Positions 16,943 through 30,000 of a DNA stretch of 64,000 nt are shown here, piece by piece (positions within the stretch are counted from its first letter, which is position 1; the number at the start of each line of letters is the position of its first letter). The position numbers were made by a program, and so were the translations under genes. This stretch comes from the human T2T-CHM13v2.0 reference genome, Homo sapiens, in assembly GCF_009914755.1 (NCBI RefSeq), contig NC_060947.1, one strand, 5' to 3'. Below the pieces are notes generated by a model. The model did no database searches, had not been told where the DNA came from, and saw only the letters and a list, made by a program, of their open reading frames with translations.

Positions 16943-18810
16943 GATTTCTATTTTTATTCCACTGTGGTCCAAGAGTATGGTGGTATGATTGCAATTTTTC
17001 TGAATTTATTGAGATTTACTTTAAGGCTGAGCATATGTTTCCTCTTGGAGTATGTTCCATGTGCAGATGAGAAGAATGAATTTTGTGTTTTTGATGGGTA
17101 GAGTATTCTGTAGATGTCTACTAGGTCCAATTGGTTGAGTGTCTAAGCTAAGTTCAGAATTTGTTAGTTTTCTGTCTCAATTATCTGTTTAATGTTGTCA
17201 GTGGGGTGTTGAAGAACCATACTATTATTGTGTAGCTGCCTAAGTCTTTTAATAATTCTAGAAGTACTTGTTTTATGAATCTGGGTGCCCCAATGTTGGG
17301 TGTGTGTATATTTATGATAGTTAAGTCTTGCTGAATTGGACCCTTTATCATTATGTAATGACCTTCATTGTCTTTATTTACTGTCGTTGGCTTAAAGTCT
17401 GTTTTATCTGATATAAGAATAGTGACCCCTGCTCTTTTTTGTTTTCTATTTGCATGGTAGATCTTTCTCCAACCCTTAACTTTGAGCTTCTGGGTGTCAT
17501 TATGTGTGAGATGAGTCTCTTAAAGATAGCAGATGGATGGGTCTTGTTTTTTTATCCAACTTGTGACTCTGTGTCTTTTAAGTGGGGGCATGTAGACCAT
17601 TTATATTCAAGGTAAATATTGACATGTGAGGTTTTGATCCTATCCTGAAGTTGTTAACTGGTTGCTTTGTAGTTTCTATTGTGTACTTGCTTTATAGGGT
17701 ATGTGGGCTATGTACTGGAGGGTGTTTGTGTGGCAGCAGGTATTGTTCTTTCATTGCTGTGTTCCTTAAGGAGCTCTTTTAAGGCTGGTCTAGTGGTAAC
17801 ACATTCCCTCAGTGCTTGCTTGTCTGGAAAAGTTTTTATTTCTCCTTCACTTATGAAGCATAGTTTTGTGGGATATGAAATTATTGGTTGGAATTTCTTT
17901 TCTTTAAGAATGCTGAAAACAGGCCCCTAATCTCTCCTGGCTTGTAAGGTTTCTGCTGATAAGTCTACTGTTAGCTTGATGGAGTTCTCTATGTAAGTAA
18001 TCTGACCTTTTACTCTGGCTGCTTTTAAGATTTTTTTCTTTAGCACTGATCTTGGATAGTCTGCGGACTACATGCATTGGTGATGTTCATTCTGTATAGT
18101 ATTTCTCAAGTGTTTTCTGCTTTTCTTATATCTGGATATAAACCTTTCTAGCAAGATTAAAGAAATATTTTTGAATTATTCCCTCAAATGTTTTCCAGGT
18201 TTTTGCTTTTTCTCCTCCTCTCCCAGAATGCCAAAAATTCACATTTTGGTTGCTATATATAATCCCATATTTCTCAAATACTTTGTTCATTTTTTTATCA
18301 TTCTTTTTTATTTATTTTGTCAGACTGGCATAGTTCAAAAGACTGGTCTCCAAGCTTGGAAATTCTTTCTTCGGCTTGGTCTAGTCTATTAATAAAGCTT
18401 TCAATTGTATTTGAATTTCAACTGTATTTTGAAATTACTTGAGTGTGTTTTCAATTCCAGAAGCTTTGATTGATTTCTGTTTAGCATATTAATCTCTTCC
18501 TTTATTTCCTGGATTGCTTTAGAAGTTTCTTTGTGTTGATTTTCAACCTTGTCTTGGATCTCATTGAGCTTCTTTGTAATTGTGCTTTGAATTCTTTACC
18601 TGTAATTTCTGAATTTCTGTTTTGGTTAGGAACCATTGCTGGACTTGCTAGTGTGATCCTTTGAAGCTGTCGCTACATTCAGATTTTCATGGTGCCAAAA
18701 CTCTTGTGCTGGTTCCTTCTCATCTGGAGATGTTGGCACTTCTAATTTTTGTAATTATTTCCTTGCCAGTAGGTTTTTTCTTCATCATTCTTTACCTATA
18801 ATATTATTGG

Positions 18811-19126
18811 TTTTTTTTTTTTTTTTTTTGAGACAGAGTATTGCTCTGTCACCCAGGCTAGAGTGTAGTAGTACAATCTCAGTTCACTGCAATCTCTGCC
18901 TCCCAGGTTCAAGCTATTCTCCTGCCTCAGCCTCCTGAATAGCTGAGACTACAGGTGTGTGCCACTACGTCCAGCTAATTTTTATATTTTTAGTAGAGAT
19001 GCGGTTTCCTATGTTGGCCAGGCTGGTCTTGAACTCTTGACCTCAGGCGATCTGCTCCCCACCCCACCGCTCCCCTTGGCCTCCCAAAGTGCTGGGATTA
19101 TAGGCGTGAGCCACCATGCCCAGGCC
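18811..19126 (-). mobile_element. AluS SINE with a short C-rich internal insertion
   Basis: Full dimer antisense; extra ccccaccccaccgctcccc near 19057-19075; degenerate ttattgg/ttactg + T-run TSD. Confidence 0.95.
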
Positions 19127-19549
19127 TTACTGTTTTTTTTTTTTTTTTTGGTTTGTTTAATTTCCCTTTCCTTTTCTCCCCCTCCCTAGGGGGTGTGACT
19201 GCAGAGAATGCTGGGTATGGGCTGTCTTTTGGCTTTGCTTCTATAGTTCTATGCACTTCTCTTAGCAGGTTTTATAGTTAGACCTACAAGCCAGTAGATG
19301 GTGCTTGTAGGTAAGAGCTAGCTAGCTACAGCTAATGTGGCTGCATATATATTTCATCCTTGTTTACTGGTAGAAACTCTCTGTTCTCTCAGGCAATGGA
19401 CTGATTCATGCAGTGCAGAGTGCTCTGAACTCTGCTCAGCCCTAGGGTTGTGGGGGACAAGATGAATGGGGCCAGACTAGGCAGGTCCACCTACAGATCT
19501 TCCAATGTCAGGCACAAGCACCAGTGCCAAGTGATAATCCAGTGGGCAG

Positions 19550-20080
19550 CCACCAGGTGAATAGGTGCTTTGAATGCCTGGAGATCTCCCTGGGCATGCA
19601 GCAGAGAGGGCCTCCCTGCACCAAGATCTCTGCACAGGAAGGATGGGGCAGGTCAGGATGCCAATCCAGGTGAGTTGGTGCTCCAAATGCCTGGAGATCT
19701 GCCTGGGCTTGGAGTAGAGAGAGCCTCACTACACCATGATCTGTGCCCAGAAAGGGTGCAGCAGCTCATGGTGCTGAACCAGGCAAACAGTTGCTTTGAA
19801 TGCCTGGAGATTTGCCTTGGTGTGGAGCGGAAGGGGCCCTGCGGCACCTCAATTTATGTCCGTGAAGGGTGAGGCGGCTCAGGCTGCTAGTCTAGGCAAG
19901 CAGGTGCTCTAAATGCCTAGATTTCTGCCTGGGCATGGGGCAGAGAGGGCCCTACTGGACCAAAATCTATGTCCAGGAAGGGTGGAGCAGCTCAGGCTTC
20001 TGGTCCAAGTAAGTGAATGTTCTAAGTACCTGAATTTCTGCCTGGGGTGGAGTGGAGAGGGCTCTGCTGCACCATGACCT
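19550..20080. repeat. 113-bp tandem array (about 5 diverged units) in old L1 5'UTR
   Basis: aatgcctggagat-like anchor at 19573, 19686, 19799, 19912, 20025. Confidence 0.9.
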
Positions 20081-20754
20081 CAGGGGAGCAGGCTGGGGCA
20101 CTTAGCAATGGCATACACAGACCAGATGCAGGTTGCCAAGCTGGCCCTGGCTGCAAATCTCACTTCCCAAGGGAAACTGCAGTTCTCCTACCAATCCGGG
20201 ATTGCAGTCGGGGAGAGCACAATTCCAGTGCCTTCTGCTGAGGTGCTTTCCGTAGTTCTGGCTGTGGAGGCCCCTACCCTACTCCAGAGCAGGTGCTCCA
20301 ATCTCTGGCCTGAGGCTAAAATGCTTGTGTGGCCACACTTCTAGGTTGCCAAGCAATGGCTGATTTTGTATGCACCCAGATTAAAAATGGCATCTGGCTC
20401 TCATTCTTGGGTCTGGGAAAATATCTGCAGCTTTTCCTGGTATCTTTCTCTCACAGCATCTCCAAGCCTCTTTCTAAGTTAGCTCTAGGGCTTGGGCAAA
20501 ACAAAGTGCTTTCCCTTGGCCTAGGTTGTTCAGATCCACTGTGGAAAAGTGAGTCACAGAGGGAAGCTCTCTGCCCCCTTGTGTACTTGGGCTTCACTCA
20601 CTTTTATCAGCTGGATGACATCATAGGGGCTGTTTGCCAGCATTCACCTCCCTGGGATCTGGAGTGTCCTTCACAATTCCCAGAATAATGCTTTTTTAAC
20701 TTAAAAAAAATCTTCTCATGTCAGAGGAGAGTGGACCCCAGGCTGGGAGAGAAA

Positions 20755-20931
20755 TGTCTTAGTCACCTTGGGTTGCAATAGCCAAATGCCATAGAGTGGG
20801 TGGCTGAAACAGCAGAAATTTATTTCTGACAATTCTGAAGGCTAAAGTCCAAGATCAAGGTGCAACATGGTCAGGTTCTGGTGAGGTCCCTCTTCCAGAT
20901 TGTGGATGGCTGACTTCTCACTGGGTCCTCC
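20755..20931 (-). mobile_element. MLT1A/B-like MaLR LTR, 3' part only
   Basis: tgtcttagtc terminus, agaaatttatttct, aagtccaagatcaaggtg, ggttctggtgagg motifs. Confidence 0.85.
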
Positions 20932-21090
20932 AGGATTTTTTTAAATAGATAGATTTTAGCTGCTCTTGTCACAAAAAGTAACATGAGATGATAGATATTT
21001 TAATTTCTTTCACGATAGTAACCATTCTACTATCTATGTGCATCCCATAATATCATGTTATAAACCTCAAATATATACAATAAAATTATT
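20932..21090 (+). mobile_element. L1MA8-like 3' end, right part
   Basis: gattttagctgctcttgtcacaaaaagtaac...catcccataatatcatgttataaacctcaaatatatacaataaa; continues the element broken at 7063. Confidence 0.8.
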
Positions 21091-21581
21091 ACGTAGTCCA
21101 CAAAACTAATGACTATGAACAAAGTCAATCTTTTCTCATGTACTTGGAAAACTCCTAAATTTCTCTGTTTGATACTCAAAAGTAAACATTTGAATCTCTG
21201 TTTTCATTCATATCTCCATTCAGTGAGGACTTCTATAGAATCACTGGTTTGAAAGGCCTAGAATGTCAGGATAGTTAATTCTTTTTGAGGCTTCAAAGGT
21301 CAGTTCTCACACGTTATAACCTCCTGGCCACTTGCAATCTATCAATAAACACAGACAAATGTCCTTGCTCTTTTGAAGGACAAAAGTGTTGTACTCCTTT
21401 GTGGTTTGGTTTCTAACTTTTAAGAGCACCAAGAGCAGTCCAAATTCAAAGGAAAGAAGCAGCTTCCTCCCACTCTGTTGTCAATTATCTTCTTGGGAAG
21501 TTTCTTTGCAGAGTTTTTGTGCATCTCTGAGCCAATTACCACAAGAAAACAAAATGACCTTTAAATTAAAGCAATATGAGT

Positions 21582-21800
21582 ATGCTTGAAATTTGCAGTG
21601 AGAATAGATCTTAAGTGTTTTTGCCACATACACACACACACAAAAGTAACTATGTGAGGTGATGGATGAGTTAATTAACTTGATTGTGGTAATAACTTCA
21701 CAATGCATATGTATAAAATCATCACTGTGTACATCTTAAATGTATACAATTTTATTTGTTAATTATGTCTCAACAAAGCTAGAGTAAAAAAGAAGAAAGG
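21582..21800 (+). mobile_element. L1MA9/10-L1MB-like 3' end
   Basis: ttgaaatttgc...tagatcttaagtgtt, gtaactatgtgaggtgatggat, ctcaacaaagctag. Confidence 0.8.
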
Positions 21801-22769
21801 AAACAATCTGAAATGCAAATGATTGACTAATAATTTCCAATTATGTAAAATATTCTTTTGTAAGAAATATGAATACTCACTTGACAATTGTAGACTATAG
21901 CCACAAATAAAAACAAATATATTGATCATTTATATTAAAAATGAAAATATACCCTTAATCTTTTTCTTCTTAGCATCTAAGTTCAGACTGTGGTTTACTT
22001 GGTCGGCTCTTATAAAAAGAAATAAAAGCCAAAACTCTTATTTAGGTTTTAATACATTCAACCACATTTCAGATTTTCCTTAACAAGCCTAAATATTAAA
22101 ACAGCTTTTAAAGATGAGTATATAAAATAAATCATCTTTATCATGAAAGCACTCCGATTATACTTTCCTTGCATTTTTAAATGATGACCCTTTTAGAATT
22201 ATCCAAACCCTGTAACTGTCACATTCTTAACTTTCCACTTTTTTAATAAAAATGATTTCCATAAAGATTAGAAATTAATCTGACCTGACTCTGAAAACTA
22301 ATATAGTTTAGCACGGGAAGCTGTAAAAATTCACCTATCTAGGTTTAATAAAGAAAGTTTTTTCAATTTAAATATGCATTGCATTTAATAAGCTTGCATG
22401 ATAATTTCAACAATGTTCATGGGTTCTTTAAATTACCTTCCTGCTGTGTCCAGGAAACAATCCAATTTTATTTTTAAGCAACTGAATTAAGAAAAGCTTT
22501 CAAAATCACAAAGCGATTTCTGAATGACACAAAATGTAATGATTAGAAGCCAGCCAATCAGATTGCTCTGATGGCTGACTTAAGAGAAAAAAAAATTGTT
22601 TGCCTATATTTCTGTAAACCCCAAATATATGAGTTTTTGGATACACCTAAATGTTTGACTCTTAGATATCTTCTATCCAAACATTTGTCATTGTGAGGAT
22701 CAGCATTCCATCCTTTTTTCCTTCCTTTTGACTTTTCATTCACACGAGTTAAACATGGTGCTAACTGGC

Positions 22770-23260
22770 AGAATACAACAACAAAGACAGATATGGCCCC
22801 TGCCTTTATGGAGCATGGAATCTATTGCATACATACTCAAAGAAATGTGGAACTACAAATTGAGAAAAGTACTATGAAGGAGCAATGCAGAGTGCAATGG
22901 GAGACTGTCACAGGGTGACCTAATTTAATTTGAAGGTGTCAGGATTTTGACCATTTTTAGGCATTGGCATTTAAGTTGAAAACTACAGGATGAATGGGCA
23001 AACGTATGTGGCGATGGGGAAATGAAATAGATAATATGTGTCGTAAGGAGAGTAAGAGAGAGAGGCAGAATGAATGGTATGAGATGGGGCTGGACAAGCA
23101 GAGGTCAGAGAATTCAGGCCTTTGTAGGCCTTGCTAAAATTTTGGACTTTATTATAGTAGCAATTGAAAAACCCTGAAAGGTAGTAGAGAGTAACAAAAA
23201 TCATATTTGCCTTAGAAAGATCTCTTTGGATATAATATAGAGAATGGAGTAGAAGGAAGA
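22770..23260 (-). mobile_element. L2 fragment
   Basis: aaagacagatatggcccctgcctttatggagc and ggcctttgtaggccttgctaa...ttggactttat antisense L2 motifs; further L2-like sequence at ~25540-26190 and ~27510-28230. Confidence 0.65.
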
Positions 23261-23261
23261 A

Positions 23262-24070
23262 GAGGATATATAAGTGGCCAAAAAACATATGAAAAAATGC
23301 TCAACATCACTAATGACAAGGGAAATGCAAATCAAAACCACAATGTAATACCACCTTACTCCTGCAAGAATGGCCATAATTTTAAAAATCAAAAATATCA
23401 TAGATATTGGCATAGATGTAGTGAAAAGGAACCCTTTTACACTGCTGGTGGGAATGTAAAGTAGTACAACCCTATGGAAAACAGTGTGTAGATTCCTTAA
23501 AGAACTAAAAGTAGATCTACCATTTGATCCAGCAATCCCACTCCTGGATATCTACCCAGAAGAAAAGATGTCATTATATGGAAAAAGACACTTGCACATG
23601 CATGTTGATAGTAGCACAATGTGCAATTGCAAAAATATGGAACCAGCCCAAATGTCCATCAATCAACAAGAGGATAAAGCAAATGTGGTATATAAATACC
23701 ATGGAATAATACTCAGCCATAAAAAGGAACAAAGTAATGTCATTCACAGCAACCTGGATGGAGGTGGAGACCATTATTCTAAGTGAAGTAACTCAGGAAT
23801 GGAAAACCGAACATTGCATGTTCTCTTATAAGTGGGAGCTAAGATATGAGGATGCAAACGCACAAGAATGATATAACGGAGTATGGGGACTTGAGGGGAA
23901 GGGTGGGAGAGGGATAGAGGATGGAAGATGGGTGATAAAAGACTACACATTGGGTACAGTGTACACTGCTTGGGTGACGAGTGCACCAAAATATCAGAAA
24001 TCACCGCTAAAGAACTTATCCATGTAACCAAACACCACCTCCTCCCCCCAAACCTATTGAAATAAGAAAA
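23262..24070 (+). mobile_element. L1PB1-like 3' fragment
   Basis: ORF2 C-terminus homology; tacacattgggtacagtgtacactgcttgggtga...gaaatcaccgctaaagaacttatccatgtaacc 3'UTR. Confidence 0.88.
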
Positions 24071-24071
24071 A

Positions 24072-25413
24072 GAACCCTATCTCTCACCATGTACAAAGAT
24101 CAAATCAAAATGGATTAGAGACTTAAATCTAAGACCTCAAACTATGAAACTACTACAAGACATAATTGGGGGAAATCTGCAGGACATTGATTTGGGCAAA
24201 AAGTTGTTGAATAATACCCCACAAGCATAGGCAACCAAAGCAAAAATGGACAAATGGAATGACATAAAGTTAAAAAGCTTCTGCACAGGAAAGAAAACAA
24301 TCAACAAAGTGAAGAAACAACCCACAGAATGGGAGAAAATATTTGCAAAGTACTCATCTCACAAGGGATTAATAACCAGAATATATAAGGAGCTCAAACA
24401 ACTCTATAGGATAAAACCTAATAATCTGATCAAAAGATGGGCAAAATATTTGAATAGACATGTCTCAAAAGAAGACATACAAATGGCAACCAGGTATATG
24501 AAAAGGTACTCAACATCACTTATCATCAGAGAAATGCAAATCAAAACTGTAATGAGAAATCATCTAACCCCAGTTAAAATGGCATACATCCAAAAGACAG
24601 ATAATAACAAATGCTAGTGAGGATATGGACAAAAGGGAACCCTAGCACACTGTTGGTGGGAAGGTAAATTAGTACAACCACTATGGAGAACAGTTTTGAG
24701 AACAGTCAGTTTTTATAAAACTAAAAATGGAGCTACCATATGATCCAGGAATCCCACTGCTGGATATATATCCCAAAGAAAGGAAATGAGTATATCAAAG
24801 AGAAATCTGCACCCCTATGTTTGTTGCAGCACTGTTCACAATAGCTAAGATTTGGAAGCAACCTAAGTTGTCCATCAACAGATGAATGGATAAAGAAAAT
24901 GTGGTACATATACACAATGGAGTAGTATTCAGCCATAAAAAAGAATGATATCCTGTCATTTGCAAGAACATGGAGGGAACTGGAGATCATTATGATAAGT
25001 GAAATAAGCCAGGAACAGAAAGACAAACATTGCACTTGCTCACTTATTTGTAGGAACTAAAAATCAAAACAACTGAACTCATGTGGACAGGGAGTAGAAG
25101 GATGGTTACCAGAGGCTGGGAAGGGTAGTGGGGTTTGGCTGAATGGTGTGGGAGGGAGATGGGGATGGTTAGTGGGTACAAAATAATAGAAAGAATGAAT
25201 AAGACCTACTATTTGATAGCACAACAGGGTGACAATAGTCAATAGTAAATTAATTGTACATTTAAAAATAGCTAAAAGAGTATAATTGGATTGTTTGTAA
25301 CACAAAAGATAAATGCTTGAGATAATGGATACCTCATTTACTCTGATGTGATTATTATACACTGCATGCCTGTATCAAGATATCTTTTGCATCCCATAAA
25401 TATATACACCTAC
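24072..25413 (+). mobile_element. L1MA2/3-like 3' fragment
   Basis: ORF 24246..24617 [14 protein letters not shown] is ORF2 homology; gaatgaataagacctactatttgatagcacaacagggtgac 3'UTR. Confidence 0.88.
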
Positions 25414-25419
25414 TTAGGA

Positions 25420-25528
25420 TGTATGTGTAGCAAACAACATAGTATATATAGGGTTCAGTGCTATCCAAGGTTTCAGACATCCACTGGGAATCTTGAAACA
25501 CATCCCCCAGTGGATAATGGGGACTGCT
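25420..25528. mobile_element. MER2-like (Tigger) DNA transposon end
   Basis: catagtatatatagggttcagtgctatccaaggtttcagacatccactggg...ggataatggggactgctg followed by TA. Confidence 0.85.
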
Positions 25529-26199
25529 GTATGCAAAATATTTTTATGAAGTAGAATTACAAGACTTGGTGACTGATCAGATAAAGAGTGCAAAGGATAT
25601 GGAAAAGCCATGCATCATGTCTTAGTTTGGCATGTGCAACTCTCTGGGTGTTTACTCTATTTCTTATCAATATAGGGACTGCTGAAGGATGAGTTCAGCT
25701 TTAGACCTGTTAACCTGAGGTGCCTGTAAAAAATTCAACTAAAAGTGGCAAGGAGGCAGATGGATCTATGGGTCTGGAATTAGGAAGAGGTTTCACGGGC
25801 AGAGATTAAATTTTTAAGTCACCAGTAAAAATGGTCATTGAAACCAAGGGAATTTGTGATGAGTGTGATGAGAAATGAATGGGGCCTAAGATTGTGGGAC
25901 TTTAACAATTAAAGGTCAAGTGGAGGAGGAGATCCAGCAAAAGAGAGAAGGATTTTCTATAGATGTAAAAGAAAAATCAAGAGAATGTAGTATCACAGAA
26001 ACCAGTGAAAGAGAGTTTTCCACGATTAGGAGTAGTTAAGTATCCCAAATGGTACTGTAAGTCAAGTAGGGTGAACATTAAAAAGTGTCTGTCATATTTA
26101 GTAAAATGGTGATTACTGGTAACATAGTGACAGCTGTTTTAGCGGAGTGATTGGGGGTAGAAGCCAGAATGAAATAGGTTAACAAGTGACTGGAGTAAA

Positions 26200-27510
26200 T
26201 ATATAAAGGATAAGGGGATCTTGATTTTACATTGTCAGAGAAGAGAGTTACAAATATGAAAAAGGAGAAAACAAGAATGAACCCTGTGGTGTTGAACTGG
26301 AGTTGGAGGTAATAATGGAAACTCATGGTTTTCTCTAGATAGATAGATGATATATAAATAGATAAAAAGGTGAATATTGATAGAAATTAGTATGTATATA
26401 TATATGTGTGTGTGTGTGTATATATATATATAAATGTATGTGTATATTTCTTACCTCTGTTCACCATGAGGGCCTGGGAATAGCAATACCCCAATAGCAA
26501 TGAACACACCTAGTGCCGAGAACAGAACTTGGCTTCTAAATACCACGCCGAGAAAAGAAATTAGCCTCCTTAGAGAAATGCCTGATTCCAGGCACAGGGC
26601 AGGGAAAGTGCAAGGTGAGACTGGAATATCCTATTAAGACAAAAAGTGCTCAGAGAAAGATGAGGACATGTCAAAAACATGCAAAGTCCACCTTGAAGTG
26701 GCAGTCAGTCACTGTTTACAAAACAATTTGAGCATCAAAATAAACAGAAATAGCAAGAAACTATAATTCATTGAATAATATGAAAAATCCTGAGTTATCA
26801 CAGGTATGAATAAATGAATTAATAAATTGAAAGTTTGATGAGCAATACATAGCTTCAAAGTACCTCCTCACAAAACACTTCTTAATTACAAGTGCATATG
26901 GGATGAGTACAGTGGAGAAGCCTGGAAGATACCATATTAATTAAATGATCAAAGTTAACATTACCAGTAGTGGGCCAAATAAATAATGGGTACCACCTGA
27001 TAGGATATAATGCAAACACAACATTAATTCTATGATATTCTTGCCAAAGATGTACAACCCAAATCTAAGTATGAGGAAACATCAGAAAACTCCCAAATTG
27101 AGGGGCTTTGTATAAAATAACCAGTATGTAATCTTTAGGAGTATCAGTCATGACAGTTAAGGAAAGATTGAGATAATCTTCCAACCTGAAGGAGACTAGA
27201 GGGCATGACAACTAAAATGTAGTGCTTTATTCTGAACCAGTTCCTTTTGCTATAAGGGATGTTGCTGGGATATGTGATGAAATATGAATAGAATCTAAGC
27301 ATTAGACATTAGTAATGTATGAATGTGAATTTCCTGTTTTCTATAGCTGTATTGTGGTTATGTAGAATAATGCCTTTAATTTTAGGAAATACACAATAAA
27401 GAATTTGGGAGAAAAGGGTCCACAACTTATTCTTGAGTGTTTCAGGGGAAAATTATTTGTACTGTACTTTCACTTTTCAGTAAGCTTGTGATTGTTACCA
27501 AATAAAAAGT
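26200..27510 (+). mobile_element. L1MC/L1MD-like 3'UTR
   Basis: agaatgaaccctgtggtgttg, atgaggaaacatcagaaaactcccaaattgaggg, ttatttgtactgtactt...aaataaaa. Confidence 0.75.
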
Positions 27511-29202
27511 AAAGGGTGAATGGAAGGTAAGAAAGTGGAGAAGTTGAAGTTGAAACATTAAAGAAGGCAAGAGATAATTAACTAGCTAGAGGAGAACGTG
27601 GGATTCAAAAAGGAATTTCTTTTTCAAGTGGGAGAGACAAAACCATGTTTAAAAGCTCTTGAGAAGGATCTAGTAGAAACTTTGGAGTCAAACTTACGTG
27701 TGAGAGAAAGTGGGAGAAAAGTGGGATCCAGAGCACTGGTGAAGGGACTGACCTTTCACAGGACTCTTCGAGGACTGTAATGGGAGGAAGAAAGAGAGCC
27801 TGGGTGCAGATCCAACCTGATTTCAGACTTGATGGCAGGAAATTGAGGGAGTTCTCATGTGATGGTTATTTTTTCTGTGCAGCAGGAGGCAAGGGCATCC
27901 ATTGAGAATGAATGGGCAGAGGAGAAGTTAGAAGTTTGAGAAGAGAAATTCTGAAAAAGTGTCTGTGGAGAATAACAAAATGAGGTAACCTGAGGAATAC
28001 AGTAATATTTCCAGGCACTTTTGACATCCCAAGTGAGGTTGGTGGCTGAATTTTTATTGGTATCAGTCTACCCAAACCGTATGATTTTTTTCCAATAGGG
28101 CTTGGCTACTGCTTGTATAGGTAGGGGCAAGGCTGAGAGTTGACATAATTCATTGTTTGAGGCTTTTCAGGAAGGACCAATGGGGCAATGGATTTTAGAG
28201 TATTTGCAAGAGGGATTAAAATGATAGACCATTTGTATTGGAACTTGGGAGAATACATTTTTCTACATTCTTTCTTAAAGGAAGTCCTACTTATATAGAA
28301 CTTCTCTAACCTTTTACTGATGGAAAAAGCACTGCAACTATAACTTAGTAAACTTCTGAAGTGTTAGAAAAATTCAAAGTTGGATACTTTTCAAGCTGAA
28401 AATCTTACTCTTCCCAATAAATTACAATAATGTTCAGTAGTTTGCTCATTTGGCATCATTAATCAGAACTTTGAAGTGCGGTACATAATTTTAGGTTGAG
28501 AAGGTCCTATCTGTTCAGGCCATTTAAAATGGGTTAATTATATCGATTCTAAAGTAAAAGGACAGCTATCCCATAGTGCCTGAAATCCCCAAAACTAAAG
28601 TATTATCTCATCATAATTCAGATACCTGTGTTTCTACGTGAGCTGCTTAAATGTTACCCATTTTATTTATTGGAGTTCAGAAGAAGATTTAACTGGAAGT
28701 TTCTGCTGTCAAAAAATGAAGTTCAAAACCACTGATGGGTCTGTTGAAAAAAACCCTTGACCAATTTTCCAAAAATTTCAATTATAATGCCTGTATTATC
28801 TTCCTCACCAGAGTTTTGGAACAATGAGCTAATGAAGCTTTGTTAAAATATATAATAATAAGATTATTGGTAAGTTGAAGGGAGAAAAATAAGTCTAGAA
28901 CTTGAGGCATTGCTCAGAGTAAGCAAGACTTAGGTAGGGTGGCTGTTGGGAGTCTTAGGCAGAATGAAGGTGTTATGGTGCAAGGGTGAGGGACAAGGAC
29001 AGAAGAGCCACATAGGGAAACGCAGGAGCCTAAGGGGAGATTATAGGCCACTGAAGAGAAACTTTGCTATTTTCACGGTTTTAATGGTACTGGTTCTTGC
29101 CTTGGGAATATCTGAGATAAAATGATACAACCCTTTCCCAGGATGTGGCAACCTAAAAGATGATGAAGCCAGAGAAAGTGAAACTGAAGATGTCTTACCA
29201 AG

Positions 29203-29641
29203 TGTATTGGGTTAAATGGTACGTCCTTGTCATAATTCCTAAATCCTGTGCACGAGACCTTATTTTGAAAAAGGGTTTTTGCAAATGTAATTAAATTAAG
29301 AATCTTAAGATTAGATCAGCTTGGATTAACCTTGTGGGCACTAAATAGAATGACAAATGTCTTCATAAGAGACAGAAAAGGAAAAGGGAAGAGGAGAAGG
29401 CCATATGAAGACAGAGGCAGAGACTGGAGTTATGTAGTCACACACTAAGGAATGCTGCCAGCCACCTGAAGCTGGAGAAGGCAAGAAATGTTTCTCCCCA
29501 GAGTCTCCAGAGGGAGTGTGGACCTGCTGACATTTTGATTTTAGACTTCTAGCCTCCAGAACTGAGAGAGAATAAATTTCAGTTGCTTAAAGTCACCTGG
29601 TTTGGGGTAATTTGTTATGATAGCTCTAGGAAACTGATATA
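29203..29641 (+). mobile_element. MLT1B-like MaLR solo LTR
   Basis: gacttctagcctccagaactgagagagaataaatttc; TG start; 5-bp TSD ccaag/ctaag. Confidence 0.9.
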
Positions 29642-29744
29642 CTAAGCATGTCATTTAAACATATAGCAGTTGCACTGTAGTTATCAAGACCTCATGATGC
29701 AATTTAAACATGCAGGCCTGTTGGCATTAAGCAATAATTACAAT

Positions 29745-30000
29745 AGTAGCAGCCACTGCAAACATTTATCGGGAATTTTAGATACTAAGCACTGTGCTGA
29801 ATGATGCAAATGAATTATTTTCCTGAGTCCTCAGAACAGCTCTATGTTAGAGGTACTGTTATTAACCTCACTCTACACATGAGGGGACTGAGGCTTAACA
29901 CTTTGTCTAGGGTTTTACAACCACCAGGCAGTAGAACAGGGATTTGAACCCACACAGCCTGATGCTGGAGCCCACACTTTTAACCACTACACTAAACTGC
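29745..30000 (-). mobile_element. MIR SINE
   Basis: atgaggggactgaggctt, gggatttgaaccc, ttttaaccactacact. Confidence 0.85.

Noticed and set aside
19550-20080. CRISPR-like reading of the periodic array
   Set aside because: Whole 113-bp units are homologous, with no unique spacers or cas genes, in a eukaryotic L1 context.
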